The notes under the pieces were generated by a model that saw only the letters and a program-made list of their open reading frames with translations, was not told the DNA's origin and searched no databases. This document shows, piece after piece, positions 29,306-38,900 of a stretch of DNA of 64,000 nt. The translations under genes and the position numbers were made by a program. Position 1 is the stretch's first letter; every line of letters begins with the position of its first letter. Origin of the DNA: Longimicrobiales bacterium (GTDB taxonomy: Bacteria > Gemmatimonadota > Gemmatimonadetes > Longimicrobiales > Gaopeijiaceae); contig JAWLHJ010000003.1 in NCBI GenBank assembly GCA_041690395.1, positions 288,001-352,000 on the forward strand, written 5' to 3'.

Positions 29306-29901
29306 GGGTCCTGGTCGCCCTGGTCATCTCGGTGCTCGTCTCGGTGGTGGACGTCACGGCCCAGAACGTGCCCACGCCGCCGCCGGACGCGCCGACCCCC
29401 GACCTCGTGCTCGGGCGTCCGGCGCTCGATCCCCCGAGCCCCGGAGGCGCGTTTCTCCGCTCGCTCGCGTTGCCCGGGTGGGGCCATGCCGCGATCGGAT
29501 CCTACGGGCGGGGCGCGTTCTACGTGGCGGCCGAAGCGGGTACGTGGTACGCGTTGATCCGTACGCGGATGCGCTTGAACGAGGCGCGTGATCGGGCGTC
29601 GCTGAGGGAGCGCAACCTGCGAGCCGGGCTGGAGCGCGAGGGCCTCACGGACCCGATCGAGATCGAGCAGCGGCTCGACGCCGATGCTCGGCTCCAAGAC
29701 GTGCGGGGCCTGGTCGAGTCGCGTGAGTCCCAGCAAGAGGATTGGGTGGCGCTCGGCATCTTCCTGATGCTGCTGAGCGGCGCTGACGCTTACGTGTCGG
29801 CGCATCTCGCGAACTTCCCCGAACCGATCGACGTCGGCGTGGTGCCGGGCACGGCCGGCGGTGTGGAGCTCGCGGTCCGGGTACCCGTCGGGGGTCGGTA
29901 G
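29302..29901 (+). CDS. hypothetical exported/membrane protein (DUF5683-like)
   Basis: SPGGAFLRSLALPGWGH, DAYVSAHL; signal peptide; ATGA overlap with lpxH. Confidence 0.7.
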   Translation: MRVLVALVISVLVSVVDVTAQNVPTPPPDAPTPDLVLGRPALDPPSPGGAFLRSLALPGWGHAAIGSYGRGAFYVAAEAGTWYALIRTRMRLNEARDRASLRERNLRAGLEREGLTDPIEIEQRLDADARLQDVRGLVESRESQQEDWVALGIFLMLLSGADAYVSAHLANFPEPIDVGVVPGTAGGVELAVRVPVGGR

Positions 29902-29914
29902 GAAACCGTTACCC

Positions 29915-29943
29915 CTCGCCCGCTCCGCCCATCGTCGGGCGAG
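29915..29943. terminator. hairpin between the convergent DUF5683-like gene and the selC 3' end
   Basis: CTCGCCCG...CGGGCGAG 8 bp stem. Confidence 0.4.
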
Positions 29944-29944
29944 C

Positions 29945-30041
29945 TGGCGGGAACGTGTGGGAATCGAACCCACCCACCCGGGTTTTAGCCGGGCTGCACG
30001 GTTTTGAAGACCGCCGGAGACACCAGTCCCCTTCCGCTCCC
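29945..30041 (-). tRNA. selC: tRNA-Sec (anticodon UCA)
   Basis: Reverse complement folds as acceptor GGGAGCG(G)/(A)CGUUCCC-G-CCA, 6 bp D stem GGGGAC-UGGU-GUCUCC, anticodon arm GCGGU-CUUCAAA-ACCGU, long variable arm CCCGG/CCGGG, T arm GUGGG-UUCGAUU-CCCAC; 97 nt. Confidence 0.95.
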
Positions 30042-30051
30042 CTACAGCTGC

Positions 30052-30057
30052 ATCGTA
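30052..30057 (-). promoter_or_regulatory. putative sigma70 -10 box for selC
   Basis: TACGAT on the minus strand, 10 nt upstream of the tRNA 5' end. Confidence 0.45.
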
Positions 30058-30167
30058 TCCGCCGTCGCGGCCCGCCGTAGCAGGACCGCATCGTCGCGCG
30101 CCCGGACTCTAGGAAGGTCCGCTCGGACCGCCAACCCCCGGCCGTCCGAGCGATGGCTCGGCGACGG

Positions 30168-30557
30168 TCAGCTCCTCACCCGCGCGACGCACTCGATCTC
30201 GACACCGGACGCCTTCGGGAGCGCTGCCGCCTGCACCGCCGCGCGGGCGGGACGGTGGTCACCGAAGTGCTTGGCGTAGACTTCGTTCATCTCCTGGAAG
30301 TCACCCATGTCGGCCAGGAAGACGGTGGTCTTCACGACGCGGTCCATCCCCGAGCCCGCGGCCTCGAGCACGGCACGCATGTTCCGGAGGACCAGATCGG
30401 TCTGGTCCGCGATCGACCCCCTCTCCATCTCCCCCGTCGACGGATCGAGCGGGATCTGCCCCGAGCAGAACACGAAGTCGCCGGTGACGATGGCCTGTGA
30501 ATAGGGTCCGATCGCGGCGGGGGCGTCGTCGGTCTGGATGCGTGCGAGGTCGCTCAT
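30168..30557 (-). CDS. ridA: RidA family enamine/imine deaminase
   Basis: APAAIGPYSQA, SGQIPLDP, VVKTTVFL, MNEVY, PARAAV, LPK...EIECVA. Confidence 0.93.
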   Translation of the reverse strand: MSDLARIQTDDAPAAIGPYSQAIVTGDFVFCSGQIPLDPSTGEMERGSIADQTDLVLRNMRAVLEAAGSGMDRVVKTTVFLADMGDFQEMNEVYAKHFGDHRPARAAVQAAALPKASGVEIECVARVRS

Positions 30558-31567
30558 GGATGGGTCTCCTTCAGGTTGGATTCGTGGAAGCGGCGCACGT
30601 GGTCGCTGAGCTCGTCGGGCGACACGGTCGCCACGCCGGGCTTGCCGACTTCGATGGCGGCGGCGTGGTTGGCGAGCAGAGCCGCCTCCTCGACGGTTCC
30701 TCCTGCGGCCAGGACGACCGCCACGACGGCGGTCACGGTGTCGCCCGCGCCCGAGACATCGTATACGCCGCGGGCCGCCGTGGGCACCCTGACCAGATCT
30801 CCCTCCCCGGTCTGCAGCGCCATGCCCCGTTCCCCCAGTGTCAGGAGGAGGTGCCTTGCCCCCAGGCGCGTCCGGGTCGCCTCCATCCAGCCCTGGTCGC
30901 CGGGGTGGATGAACGCGCCGAGCGCGTCCTCGAGCTCCTTCGCGTTCGGCTTGAACACGGTCGCGCCACCGTATGCGAAGAAGTTCCGGCGCTTCGGATC
31001 GACGACCGACGGAATGCCATGGCGCTCTGCCACGGCCAGGACGCTCGAGATGACCGAGGGAACGAGGACGCCCTTGTTGTAGTCCTCCATGACCACCACG
31101 TCCGAGCCTGCCCCGAGCTCCTCGACCGTGCGGGCGAGCGTCTGGGCGAGCTCGCCCTCGGCGTCGGCGTCGACCTCGTGGTCGAAGCGAACGACCTGCT
31201 GCCGCCGCGCCAGGATCCGCGTCTTCACCGTCGTGGGGCGCTCGTCGGAGAGCACCATCCCCTCGGTTCTGACGCCGAGCTTCTCGAGCTCGCCGCGCAT
31301 CGCCTCGCCGGACGCGTCGCGGCCCGCGAGCCCGACCACGCGGCAGGTCGCGCCGAGCGCGGCGACGTTGGCCGCCACGTTCCCGGCGCCACCGACCGCG
31401 GAGGCCTCCTCCTCGACGCGCACGACCGGAACCGGAGCCTCGGGCGACACCCGGTCGACGACGCCGGAGATGTAGCGGTCGAGCATGAGATCTCCGACCA
31501 CCAGGACCCGGACGTCCGCGATGGCCTGGAGCAGCTCGTGGACGCGCTGCTCCGTCAGCCGGTCCAC
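30554..31567 (-). CDS. rfaE1: D-glycero-beta-D-manno-heptose-7-phosphate kinase (stand-alone HldE domain I)
   Basis: VVGDLMLDRY, RVSPEAPVPVV, GGAGNVAAN, DYNKG, KPN, DVSGAGDTV. Confidence 0.93.
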   Translation of the reverse strand: MDRLTEQRVHELLQAIADVRVLVVGDLMLDRYISGVVDRVSPEAPVPVVRVEEEASAVGGAGNVAANVAALGATCRVVGLAGRDASGEAMRGELEKLGVRTEGMVLSDERPTTVKTRILARRQQVVRFDHEVDADAEGELAQTLARTVEELGAGSDVVVMEDYNKGVLVPSVISSVLAVAERHGIPSVVDPKRRNFFAYGGATVFKPNAKELEDALGAFIHPGDQGWMEATRTRLGARHLLLTLGERGMALQTGEGDLVRVPTAARGVYDVSGAGDTVTAVVAVVLAAGGTVEEAALLANHAAAIEVGKPGVATVSPDELSDHVRRFHESNLKETHP

Positions 31568-32676
31568 GCGTCGCGCCCCCGTGCCTCCAGCGCCACCCAT
31601 CGGTGATCGTCACCGTCTCGAGCCAGGAGCCGGTCCTGGAGGTTCACCGACACGCAGACGTGGTTCGGCACGATCCGGACGCGCTCGGCGATGGACGGGG
31701 TCCAGTCCGACCGGGACAGGTCGAGAACACCGTGCTCCTCGGACAGTCCCTTCACCAGCACCTCTGGATGGTCGAGCACGAAGCCGTACCCCGCGTCGCC
31801 GCCGCGCTCCTCCTTCGAGAGGGCCTTCGAGCCCGCGTCGACGACCGCGCTGCCGGGCACCGCGGTGCTGACCACCGTGGCGAGCACCGTATACGCGACG
31901 GTGTCCGGCGTCGCGATCCCGATCGCGAGTCCCTCGCGGTCGTAGAAGATGCACGACCCGGAACGGATCTCGGTGAGACCGGCGATCTCGTGGCTCCTGC
32001 GCAGCGTCGGCGTGGAGCCACCGCTCACGATCTCGGGCTCCAGGCCCTCGGACCGCAGGGCGTCGAGCGTCTCGGCGACGCGATCGGACACGCGCGCGAC
32101 GGCGGGCCCCTGATCTGCCTCCGCGCCGCGGATATGCCCCGGGTAGAACTGGATGCCACGGAACGCGACCCCGTCCAGGTCGGCGGCCCTACGCGCCAGC
32201 TCGACGACCTGTTCCGCGGTCTGGACGCCTACCCGCCCGAGGCCGACGTCGAGCTCCACCAGCACGCCGATCGTCACGCCGGCGGCGGCCGCCGCGGAGG
32301 CGAGGGGGACCAGCACGTCGGCCGCGTCGAGCGCCACCTTGAGATCGACCCGCTTCGCGATCCGGGTGACCCGTTCGAGCTTGGCCGCGCCCACCGGAGG
32401 ATACGCGAGGAGTAGATCGTCGGTGAGCTCCGACATGACCTCAGCTTCGCGCGGCGTCGCGACCGTCAGCCCCGTCGCGCCGGCCGCGAGCTGGATGCGG
32501 GCGATCTCCAGGGATTTGTGGGTCTTGATGTGGGGCCGCCACGCGAGGCCGTGAGCGGAGGCATAGGCGGCCACGCTCCGGGCGTTGGCCCGCACCCGCT
32601 CGAGATCCACGAGCCCGACGGGCGTCTCCACGGCCTCCGGATCGGGACGGGAGCCTTCGATGTCGCGTTCCGTCAC
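31555..32676 (-). CDS. fold-type III PLP enzyme (D-threonine aldolase / D-serine dehydratase-like)
   Basis: WRPHIKTHK, SGGSTPT, DAGSKALS, SEEHG, PNHVCVSVNL. Confidence 0.88.
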   Translation of the reverse strand: MTERDIEGSRPDPEAVETPVGLVDLERVRANARSVAAYASAHGLAWRPHIKTHKSLEIARIQLAAGATGLTVATPREAEVMSELTDDLLLAYPPVGAAKLERVTRIAKRVDLKVALDAADVLVPLASAAAAAGVTIGVLVELDVGLGRVGVQTAEQVVELARRAADLDGVAFRGIQFYPGHIRGAEADQGPAVARVSDRVAETLDALRSEGLEPEIVSGGSTPTLRRSHEIAGLTEIRSGSCIFYDREGLAIGIATPDTVAYTVLATVVSTAVPGSAVVDAGSKALSKEERGGDAGYGFVLDHPEVLVKGLSEEHGVLDLSRSDWTPSIAERVRIVPNHVCVSVNLQDRLLARDGDDHRWVALEARGRDAWTG

Positions 32677-33209
32677 AGGACCTCGTCCAGCGCCGCGAGG
32701 AACTCGGGATCCCCTTCCGGGATCGGGCCGAATCGGAGCCAGCGCAGCGTCCCCTCCCTGTCGATGAGGAACGTCGCCGGGAGACCGAGCGCCTGGTACA
32801 GGTCCATGCCCCGCATCGCGGGATCGTGCAGGATCGTGTACGTGACGTCGTACTCGTCGACGAACATGCGGACCGCGTCCGCCTGGTTACGCGTGTCCAT
32901 CGAAGCCCCCACGATCTGGAAGCCCCGGTCCCTGTGCTCCTCGAAGATCTCCTGTAGATACGGGGTCTCCTCACGGCACGGCGTGCACCACGTCGCCCAC
33001 AGGTTGAGGAGGACGACGTTCCCACGGAGCGACTCCAGGGAGACCGTGTCCCCGTCGAGCGTCACCGCCTCGTAGGCGCGCGTGGGCTCACCGATTCTCG
33101 GCGGGCCCTGGCGCTCCGGCGCGGCGCACGCGGTCCATGTCGTCATGGCGACCGCGACGATCCACGCGGCGGCCGTCCTGCGGTGCTTCGGTCTCTTTCG
33201 ATGCATCAT
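32673..33209 (-). CDS. TlpA/ResA family thiol-disulfide reductase
   Basis: VVLLNLWATWCTPCREE, GLPATFLIDREG. Confidence 0.9.
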   Translation of the reverse strand: MMHRKRPKHRRTAAAWIVAVAMTTWTACAAPERQGPPRIGEPTRAYEAVTLDGDTVSLESLRGNVVLLNLWATWCTPCREETPYLQEIFEEHRDRGFQIVGASMDTRNQADAVRMFVDEYDVTYTILHDPAMRGMDLYQALGLPATFLIDREGTLRWLRFGPIPEGDPEFLAALDEVL

Positions 33210-34444
33210 CGGTCGTCCCGGATGTCGAGTCTGGCCATGCGGACGGACGGGCGCTCTCCCGTCGCGTCGGTCCAAGCGAGCACCACGTCTCCGCCGGTGA
33301 CCGGAGCCATGCGGGGAAAGCCGCTGGCCCTCGCGGCGGAGCTCTCGCTCACCGTACCGCTCGGACCCACCGCGCCGGCCGCGTCGACGGTCCGCACGCG
33401 GATGGCCGCGGTCTCGGCGCCGGTCTGCTCGAGCCAGCTCACGAGCGCCCGACCGTCGTCCAGATACAGAATGTCCACCCGGCCGATCGGGTTCCCGTCG
33501 TCGACCGTCACCGGCGCGCCGAAGCTGGCGCCCCCGTCCGAGGACAGCGCGACCTTGGCGCGGGGCACGTCGTCGGCCCCCGTGAACCACGCGACCGCGA
33601 CGTTCCGACCCCGGGCGGCGATCGCCGGTCCGTTCACGGGACAACCGCCGATCTCCCAGCCGTCGTCATGAACCGGAACACCCTCGGTCCAGCCGTCCCC
33701 CACGCGGCGCGTGACGTAGATGTCCCGGATCTCGTCCGCGGTGCGGTCACGGTAGACGACGACGGCCCCTTCCGAGGTCATGGCGGCGGCGGTCTGGCAG
33801 CAGTCGCACACGCGCGCGTCCACCAACATCTCGGGGCCAGCCTCACCGTTCGAGCCCACCTCACGATGCCGGAGCGTCATCTCCTCGGTCGCCTCGCCGT
33901 GGGCGCCGTCCACGTACTGTCGCCCGTCGAGCCAGGTCATGGCGATACCGTCCGCCGAAGGCAGGACCGAAACGAAGCCGTGCTCGGTGGGCGACGCGTC
34001 CTCGTGCGGGGTCCACGGCTCGCTCCAGCTCACCCCGCCGTCGTCCGAGCGCACCACACGGATCCCGTAGTCGTAGCCGCCCATGTCGCCACGCTCGAGC
34101 CAGTGCGCCCAGAGGGTGCCGTCCGCGGCCGGGGTCACCGACGGGAAGTCCGCCCAGTTGACGAAGAACCGCTCGCTCCGCTCGACGGTCCTCGCGTCAC
34201 TCCACCCTTCCCCGCCCAGGCTCGCGACCCGGAGCTCGTGGCTCCCGTCGGCCATCTCCTCGAGCCAGCTCATGTGGACCCGCTCGCCGTCGCTCGACAG
34301 GAAGGGCTCTCCACTGCCCTCCCCGGCGGGCACCGTCACCGGCTCCATGGACATGAACGGAGACTCGGGGGTATCAGGCGCACAGGACACGGTCGCGAAA
34401 AGGGCGAAGACCCAGAGCGATCGGGCGGACGTTGTCGTGACCAT
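33206..34444 (-). CDS. BNR/Asp-box (sialidase-fold) lipoprotein with a CxCC motif
   Basis: Asp boxes SDDGGVSW and SSDGGASF; FVNWADFP, CDCCQT, GCPVNGP; ATVSC lipobox. Confidence 0.82.
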   Translation of the reverse strand: MVTTTSARSLWVFALFATVSCAPDTPESPFMSMEPVTVPAGEGSGEPFLSSDGERVHMSWLEEMADGSHELRVASLGGEGWSDARTVERSERFFVNWADFPSVTPAADGTLWAHWLERGDMGGYDYGIRVVRSDDGGVSWSEPWTPHEDASPTEHGFVSVLPSADGIAMTWLDGRQYVDGAHGEATEEMTLRHREVGSNGEAGPEMLVDARVCDCCQTAAAMTSEGAVVVYRDRTADEIRDIYVTRRVGDGWTEGVPVHDDGWEIGGCPVNGPAIAARGRNVAVAWFTGADDVPRAKVALSSDGGASFGAPVTVDDGNPIGRVDILYLDDGRALVSWLEQTGAETAAIRVRTVDAAGAVGPSGTVSESSAARASGFPRMAPVTGGDVVLAWTDATGERPSVRMARLDIRDDR

Positions 34445-34745
34445 GGCGATTCGGACCTGAGCGAGGGTTCCGGCGCACCCCACCGACCGGGAAATCGGCT
34501 TGCGGGAGGGCGCATCATACCGGAGAATCTCGGCGCGGGCCCCATCACGGTCAAACCGATCGCCGTCGTCCGGGGTCGAGGCGCGGAACAAGCGAGCCCG
34601 GACGGTGGTTCCCAAGGAAGGACCGAAGCGGCACGTCGTGTGCAAGTCATTCGTGCTCAATCGTCCTACATTGCGTAGTCGGCACACCCGACGGGCAGCT
34701 GGCACACCGGCTTCCGGAACTCGAGCGAACATCCAGGCGGCGATC

Positions 34746-37700
34746 ATGCGTTTCACCAACGGCGGCACGACGCGATTCCTAATGGCGGCCCTCCTCGCGT
34801 CGAGCGCGGCGGTGGCGCTCCCGGGAGACGCCTCTGGCCAGTACTTCGGGCGTAACAAGGTCCAGTTCGAGGACTTCGACTTCCGCGTGATGCGGACCGA
34901 TCACTTCGACCTCTACTTCTACGGCGACGACCCGGAGCCCATCGAAGACGCCGCCCGCATGGGTGAGCGCTGGTACGAGCGTTTCGCTCGGACCTTCCAG
35001 CACGAGTTCGAGACCTCCAAGCCGCTGATCCTGTACCGGGATCACCCGGATTTCCAGCAGACCAACACGCTCTCCGGCAGCATCGGCGAAGGCACGGGAG
35101 GTGTGACCGAGTCGCTGAAGAACCGGGTGATCATGCCGCTCACCGGCTCCTACTGGGACACCGATCACGTGCTGGGCCACGAGCTGGTCCACGCCTTCCA
35201 GTACAACATCGCCCAGTCCCGTCGGGGCGGCGGAATCCAGGGGCTCATGGCTCTTCCCCTCTGGCTCGTCGAGGGGATGGCCGAGTACCTGTCGGTCGGT
35301 CGCGAGGACCCGCTCACGGCCATGTGGATGCGCGACGCGATCCGTCGCGACGAGCTCCCGACCATCCGCCAGATGACGCGCGACACCCGCTTCTTCCCCT
35401 ACCGGTTCGGCCAGGCGCTTTGGGCCTACATCGGCGGAACGTATGGAGACGACGCGGTGATCCAGATCTACCGGCGCTCGCTGCGCGTGGGCTTCGAGAA
35501 CGCCATCCAGCAGGTGCTCGGCCAGCCGACCGACTCCCTTTCCGTCCGCTGGAAAGAGCAGGTGGCTCTCGACTACGGTCCCGTGCTCGAGGGGCGGCTG
35601 GCGCCGTCCGAGGATGGCGATTTGATCCTGGCTCCGAGCACCGGCTCGGGCCGGACGAACATGTCCCCGGCCATCAGCCCGGACGGACGGTTCGTGGCCT
35701 ATCTCTCGGAGAAGGACCTCTTCTCCGTCGACCTCTTCCTGGCCAATGCCGAGACCGGTGAGGTCGTGCGCAAGCTGACGAGCGCGAACTCGGATCCGCA
35801 CATCGAGGCACTCCGCTACATCGACTCGTCCGGCACCTGGTCTCCGGATTCCCGCTTCTTCGCGTATTCGGTGATCGCCGGCGGTGACAACCGCCTGATC
35901 ATCGTGGACGCGGAGAATGGCGACGTCACCCGTCGCATCGACCCGGGCTCGAACATCGGCGCGCTGAGCAACCCGAGTTGGTCGCCCGACGGGCGCTACA
36001 TCGCCTTTTCCGGCATGGTGGAGGGCCTGAGCGATCTCTTCGTCTACGACCTCGAGACGAGCTCCCTGCGCCGGCTCACCGACGACAAGCACGCCGATCT
36101 GCAGCCGAACTGGTCACCGGACGGCCGGAGCATCGTCTTCACGTCGGACCGGGGAGCGGGCACCGACTTCGAGCAGCTCACCTACAGCTCGTTCCAGCTG
36201 GCCACCGTGGACGTCGCGACCGGAGTCGTCGAGCCGATCTCCATCTTCGGAGACGTCAAGCACATCAACCCGTTCTACTCCGCGGACGGCACCGAGATCT
36301 ACTTCATCTCCGACCGGGACGGCGTGAGCGACATCTACGCGCTCGAGCTGGAGTCGCGGAACGTGCGCCGCATCACGAACCTGGCGACGGGCGTGAGCGG
36401 GCACACCTACATCTCGCCGGCGATGTCCGTGTCGCGCACCGGGCTCGCGGCCTACACGGTCTTCGACTCACTCGAGTTCCACGTCTACACGAAGTCGGTC
36501 AACCAGGGGACCATGGTGGCTGCCGTGGACGAGGGCACGGACTTCCCGGGCCGCCGGCTGCCGCCGGTCGATCCGGACCGCTTCAGCCGTGTCGAGACCT
36601 ACCTGTCCGACGCCGGGACGGGCCTCTACGCCTCGGGATCCTTCCGCGCGGAGGAAGCCGAAGAGTACTCCGCGGGGCTTTCGCTGGACTACGTGGGCCA
36701 GCCGTCCATCGGCGTGGGCGCGGACAGCTACGGCAGCTACGTCGGCGGAGGTGCTTCGGCCTACTTCAGCGACATGCTGGGCAACAAGGTGCTCGGGGTG
36801 GCCATCCAGGCGCAGGGCACCTTCAAGGACATCGGCGGCCAGGCGTTCTACACCGACATGTCGAACCGGTGGAACTGGGGCGTGGGAGGCGGCCGGATTC
36901 CCTACATGCTCGGCTACCGCCAGTTCGGCCAGGACGAGCTCGGCTTCATCGAGGAGCAGACGCTCTTCCGGATCTACAACACCTCGCTGATCGGCCAGGT
37001 GGCCTACCCGTTCTCATCCACCCGGCGCGCGGAATTCGGCCTCGGAGCCACCCGCTACAGCTACGACGTCGAGACGTACACCTACTACTACGACTCCTTC
37101 GGGCGCCCGTACAACCTGGTCCGGGAGGATCGTGACGACCTCGCGCCCGATGCGCTCAGCCTGGTCGAGGCCTCGGCCGCGCTGGTCGGCGACAACACCT
37201 TCTTCGGCTTCGTCTCCCCCGTGCGCGGCGGACGGTATCGTCTCGAGGTACAGCAGACGTTCGGCAACGTCGACTTCACGACGCTGATCGTGGATTGGCG
37301 CCGCTACTACGCCGCTCATCGGAACCTGACGTTCGGCGTCCGGGGCATGCACTACGGGCGGTACGGGCTCGACGGCGAGGAGTCGACCCAGGGCGGCTTC
37401 GGGCTGCTCAGCCCCCTCTTCCTCGGCTATGAGACGCTGGTCCGCGGTTACGCATGGGAGAGCTTCGAGAACAGCGAGTGTGCGGCCGGGTCGTCCGCCG
37501 CCGACAGCTGCCCGACCATCAACCGTCTGCGAGGCCAGCGCATCGGCGTAATGAACCTCGAGATGCGGATTCCCTTCATCGGTGTGGAAGAGTACGGGCT
37601 CATCAACTTCCCGTTCCTCCCGACCGAGCTGGTGGCGTTCGCGGACGCCGGCCTGGCCTGGAACACGAACGACCAGTTCAACCTCGAGATCTCGCGCTCG

Positions 37701-37850
37701 TCGACGGACCGGGTGCCGGTGATGTCCACCGGGGTATCGCTCCGTTCGAATCTCCTCGGCTTCCTGATCCTCGAGGCGTACTACGCCTACCCGTGGCAGC
37801 GGCCGGACAAGGGTTGGCACTGGGGCTTCCAGATCGCTCCGGGCTGGTAG
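34746..37850 (+). CDS. exported zinc-peptidase + PD40 propeller + Omp85/BamA-like barrel fusion
   Basis: Signal peptide ending QYFGRNKV; HELVH plus LVEGMAEY (gluzincin-like); repeated P.WSPDG; LVRGY loop motif, FADAG, C-terminal W. Confidence 0.82.
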   Translation: MRFTNGGTTRFLMAALLASSAAVALPGDASGQYFGRNKVQFEDFDFRVMRTDHFDLYFYGDDPEPIEDAARMGERWYERFARTFQHEFETSKPLILYRDHPDFQQTNTLSGSIGEGTGGVTESLKNRVIMPLTGSYWDTDHVLGHELVHAFQYNIAQSRRGGGIQGLMALPLWLVEGMAEYLSVGREDPLTAMWMRDAIRRDELPTIRQMTRDTRFFPYRFGQALWAYIGGTYGDDAVIQIYRRSLRVGFENAIQQVLGQPTDSLSVRWKEQVALDYGPVLEGRLAPSEDGDLILAPSTGSGRTNMSPAISPDGRFVAYLSEKDLFSVDLFLANAETGEVVRKLTSANSDPHIEALRYIDSSGTWSPDSRFFAYSVIAGGDNRLIIVDAENGDVTRRIDPGSNIGALSNPSWSPDGRYIAFSGMVEGLSDLFVYDLETSSLRRLTDDKHADLQPNWSPDGRSIVFTSDRGAGTDFEQLTYSSFQLATVDVATGVVEPISIFGDVKHINPFYSADGTEIYFISDRDGVSDIYALELESRNVRRITNLATGVSGHTYISPAMSVSRTGLAAYTVFDSLEFHVYTKSVNQGTMVAAVDEGTDFPGRRLPPVDPDRFSRVETYLSDAGTGLYASGSFRAEEAEEYSAGLSLDYVGQPSIGVGADSYGSYVGGGASAYFSDMLGNKVLGVAIQAQGTFKDIGGQAFYTDMSNRWNWGVGGGRIPYMLGYRQFGQDELGFIEEQTLFRIYNTSLIGQVAYPFSSTRRAEFGLGATRYSYDVETYTYYYDSFGRPYNLVREDRDDLAPDALSLVEASAALVGDNTFFGFVSPVRGGRYRLEVQQTFGNVDFTTLIVDWRRYYAAHRNLTFGVRGMHYGRYGLDGEESTQGGFGLLSPLFLGYETLVRGYAWESFENSECAAGSSAADSCPTINRLRGQRIGVMNLEMRIPFIGVEEYGLINFPFLPTELVAFADAGLAWNTNDQFNLEISRSSTDRVPVMSTGVSLRSNLLGFLILEAYYAYPWQRPDKGWHWGFQIAPGW

Positions 37851-37869
37851 GACGAAGCGAGAGCATCGG

Positions 37870-37907
37870 AAAAAGCGAAGGGCCGGGGGACATCCCCCGG
37901 CCCTTCG
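37870..37907. terminator. intrinsic terminator between convergent genes
   Basis: CGAAGGGCCGGGGGA-CA-TCCCCCGGCCCTTCG perfect inverted repeat; upstream AAAAA gives a U tract on the minus strand. Confidence 0.85.
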
Positions 37908-37940
37908 TCGTTCGGCGGTGGCTCGAGACCCGGTTCGCCG

Positions 37941-38900
37941 TCAGAAGATCGACAGGCTGATGTACTTGCGCGGGTTCTCCTGCAGGTCGACGAGCAGGGC
38001 GTTCAGACTCTGGGCCGCGGTGTGCAGGCTCACGTAGAGCGCCTCGTCGGTCGAAAGGCGTCCCAGCGTCCCCTCGCCCCGCTCGATTCGCCCGAGCACC
38101 TCGCGGAGCGACGCGGCCGCACCGTCGAGGGTACGGCTCGTGGACTCGAGCTGGGCCATGGCGGAGTCCGCGCGGGCGATGGCGCTCGCGATCTCCGGAC
38201 CCGCCGCGCTGGCCTCCTCGAGGCCGGCGGCCGAGCGACGCAAGCTCTCGGTGAGCTCCCGCAGCCCACCCCGCTGCTCGTTCGCGATGGCGGAGAGCTC
38301 CGTGAGCAGCACCTCCATCTCCTGAGCGCTTCCCTGGACCGACCCGATCGTCTGCTGGTCCAGGAGCTGGTTGATGCGCTCCATCACCGAGCCGGCCTGG
38401 CCGCTGAGCTCGTCCACGGCGCCGAGCATCCCCTCACCCGCCGCCGACTCGCCCGGGATCGTGTCCCAGGCCTGGAGCATCTGGGACGACTCACCCGGCT
38501 CGATCACGAGCGTACGCCCGCCGAAGATGCCGGAAGCGCCGAAACGCGCTCGCGAGTCCACCGGGATCTCCCAGCGGCCCTCGATCTCCATGGTGATGTC
38601 CACCCGTCCGGGCTCCGTCAGCTCGAAGTCGTGGACGCGGCCCAGATTGATCCCGTACATCTGGATGGGGTCTCCCGCGCGTACGCCGCCCGCGTCCGTA
38701 ACGGTCGTCACGACCTTGTAGCGCCCCCGGAAGGTGGCGGGATCGGTCATCCAGAAGAGGACGATGACGAACGACACCAGTCCCAGGAGGACGAAGACCC
38801 CGACACGCGCGTTCTTGGCCCCCGACTCCTGGGGGACGGCGGCCATCAGCTCTTCGTCGCTCACGCCCTTCCGGGCGCGATCCTTCTTCTCTTCAGTCAT
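37941..38900 (-). CDS. mlaD: MlaD/MCE family protein with a long helical extension
   Basis: N-terminal TM, AGGVRAGDPI..GINLGRV, GEGTLGRL, ENPRKYI. Confidence 0.85.
   Translation of the reverse strand: MTEEKKDRARKGVSDEELMAAVPQESGAKNARVGVFVLLGLVSFVIVLFWMTDPATFRGRYKVVTTVTDAGGVRAGDPIQMYGINLGRVHDFELTEPGRVDITMEIEGRWEIPVDSRARFGASGIFGGRTLVIEPGESSQMLQAWDTIPGESAAGEGMLGAVDELSGQAGSVMERINQLLDQQTIGSVQGSAQEMEVLLTELSAIANEQRGGLRELTESLRRSAAGLEEASAAGPEIASAIARADSAMAQLESTSRTLDGAAASLREVLGRIERGEGTLGRLSTDEALYVSLHTAAQSLNALLVDLQENPRKYISLSIF

Noticed and set aside
29902..29945. Genomic island integrated at selC
   Set aside because: No integrase, no duplicated tRNA 3' end seen in the window, and the flanking genes are housekeeping.
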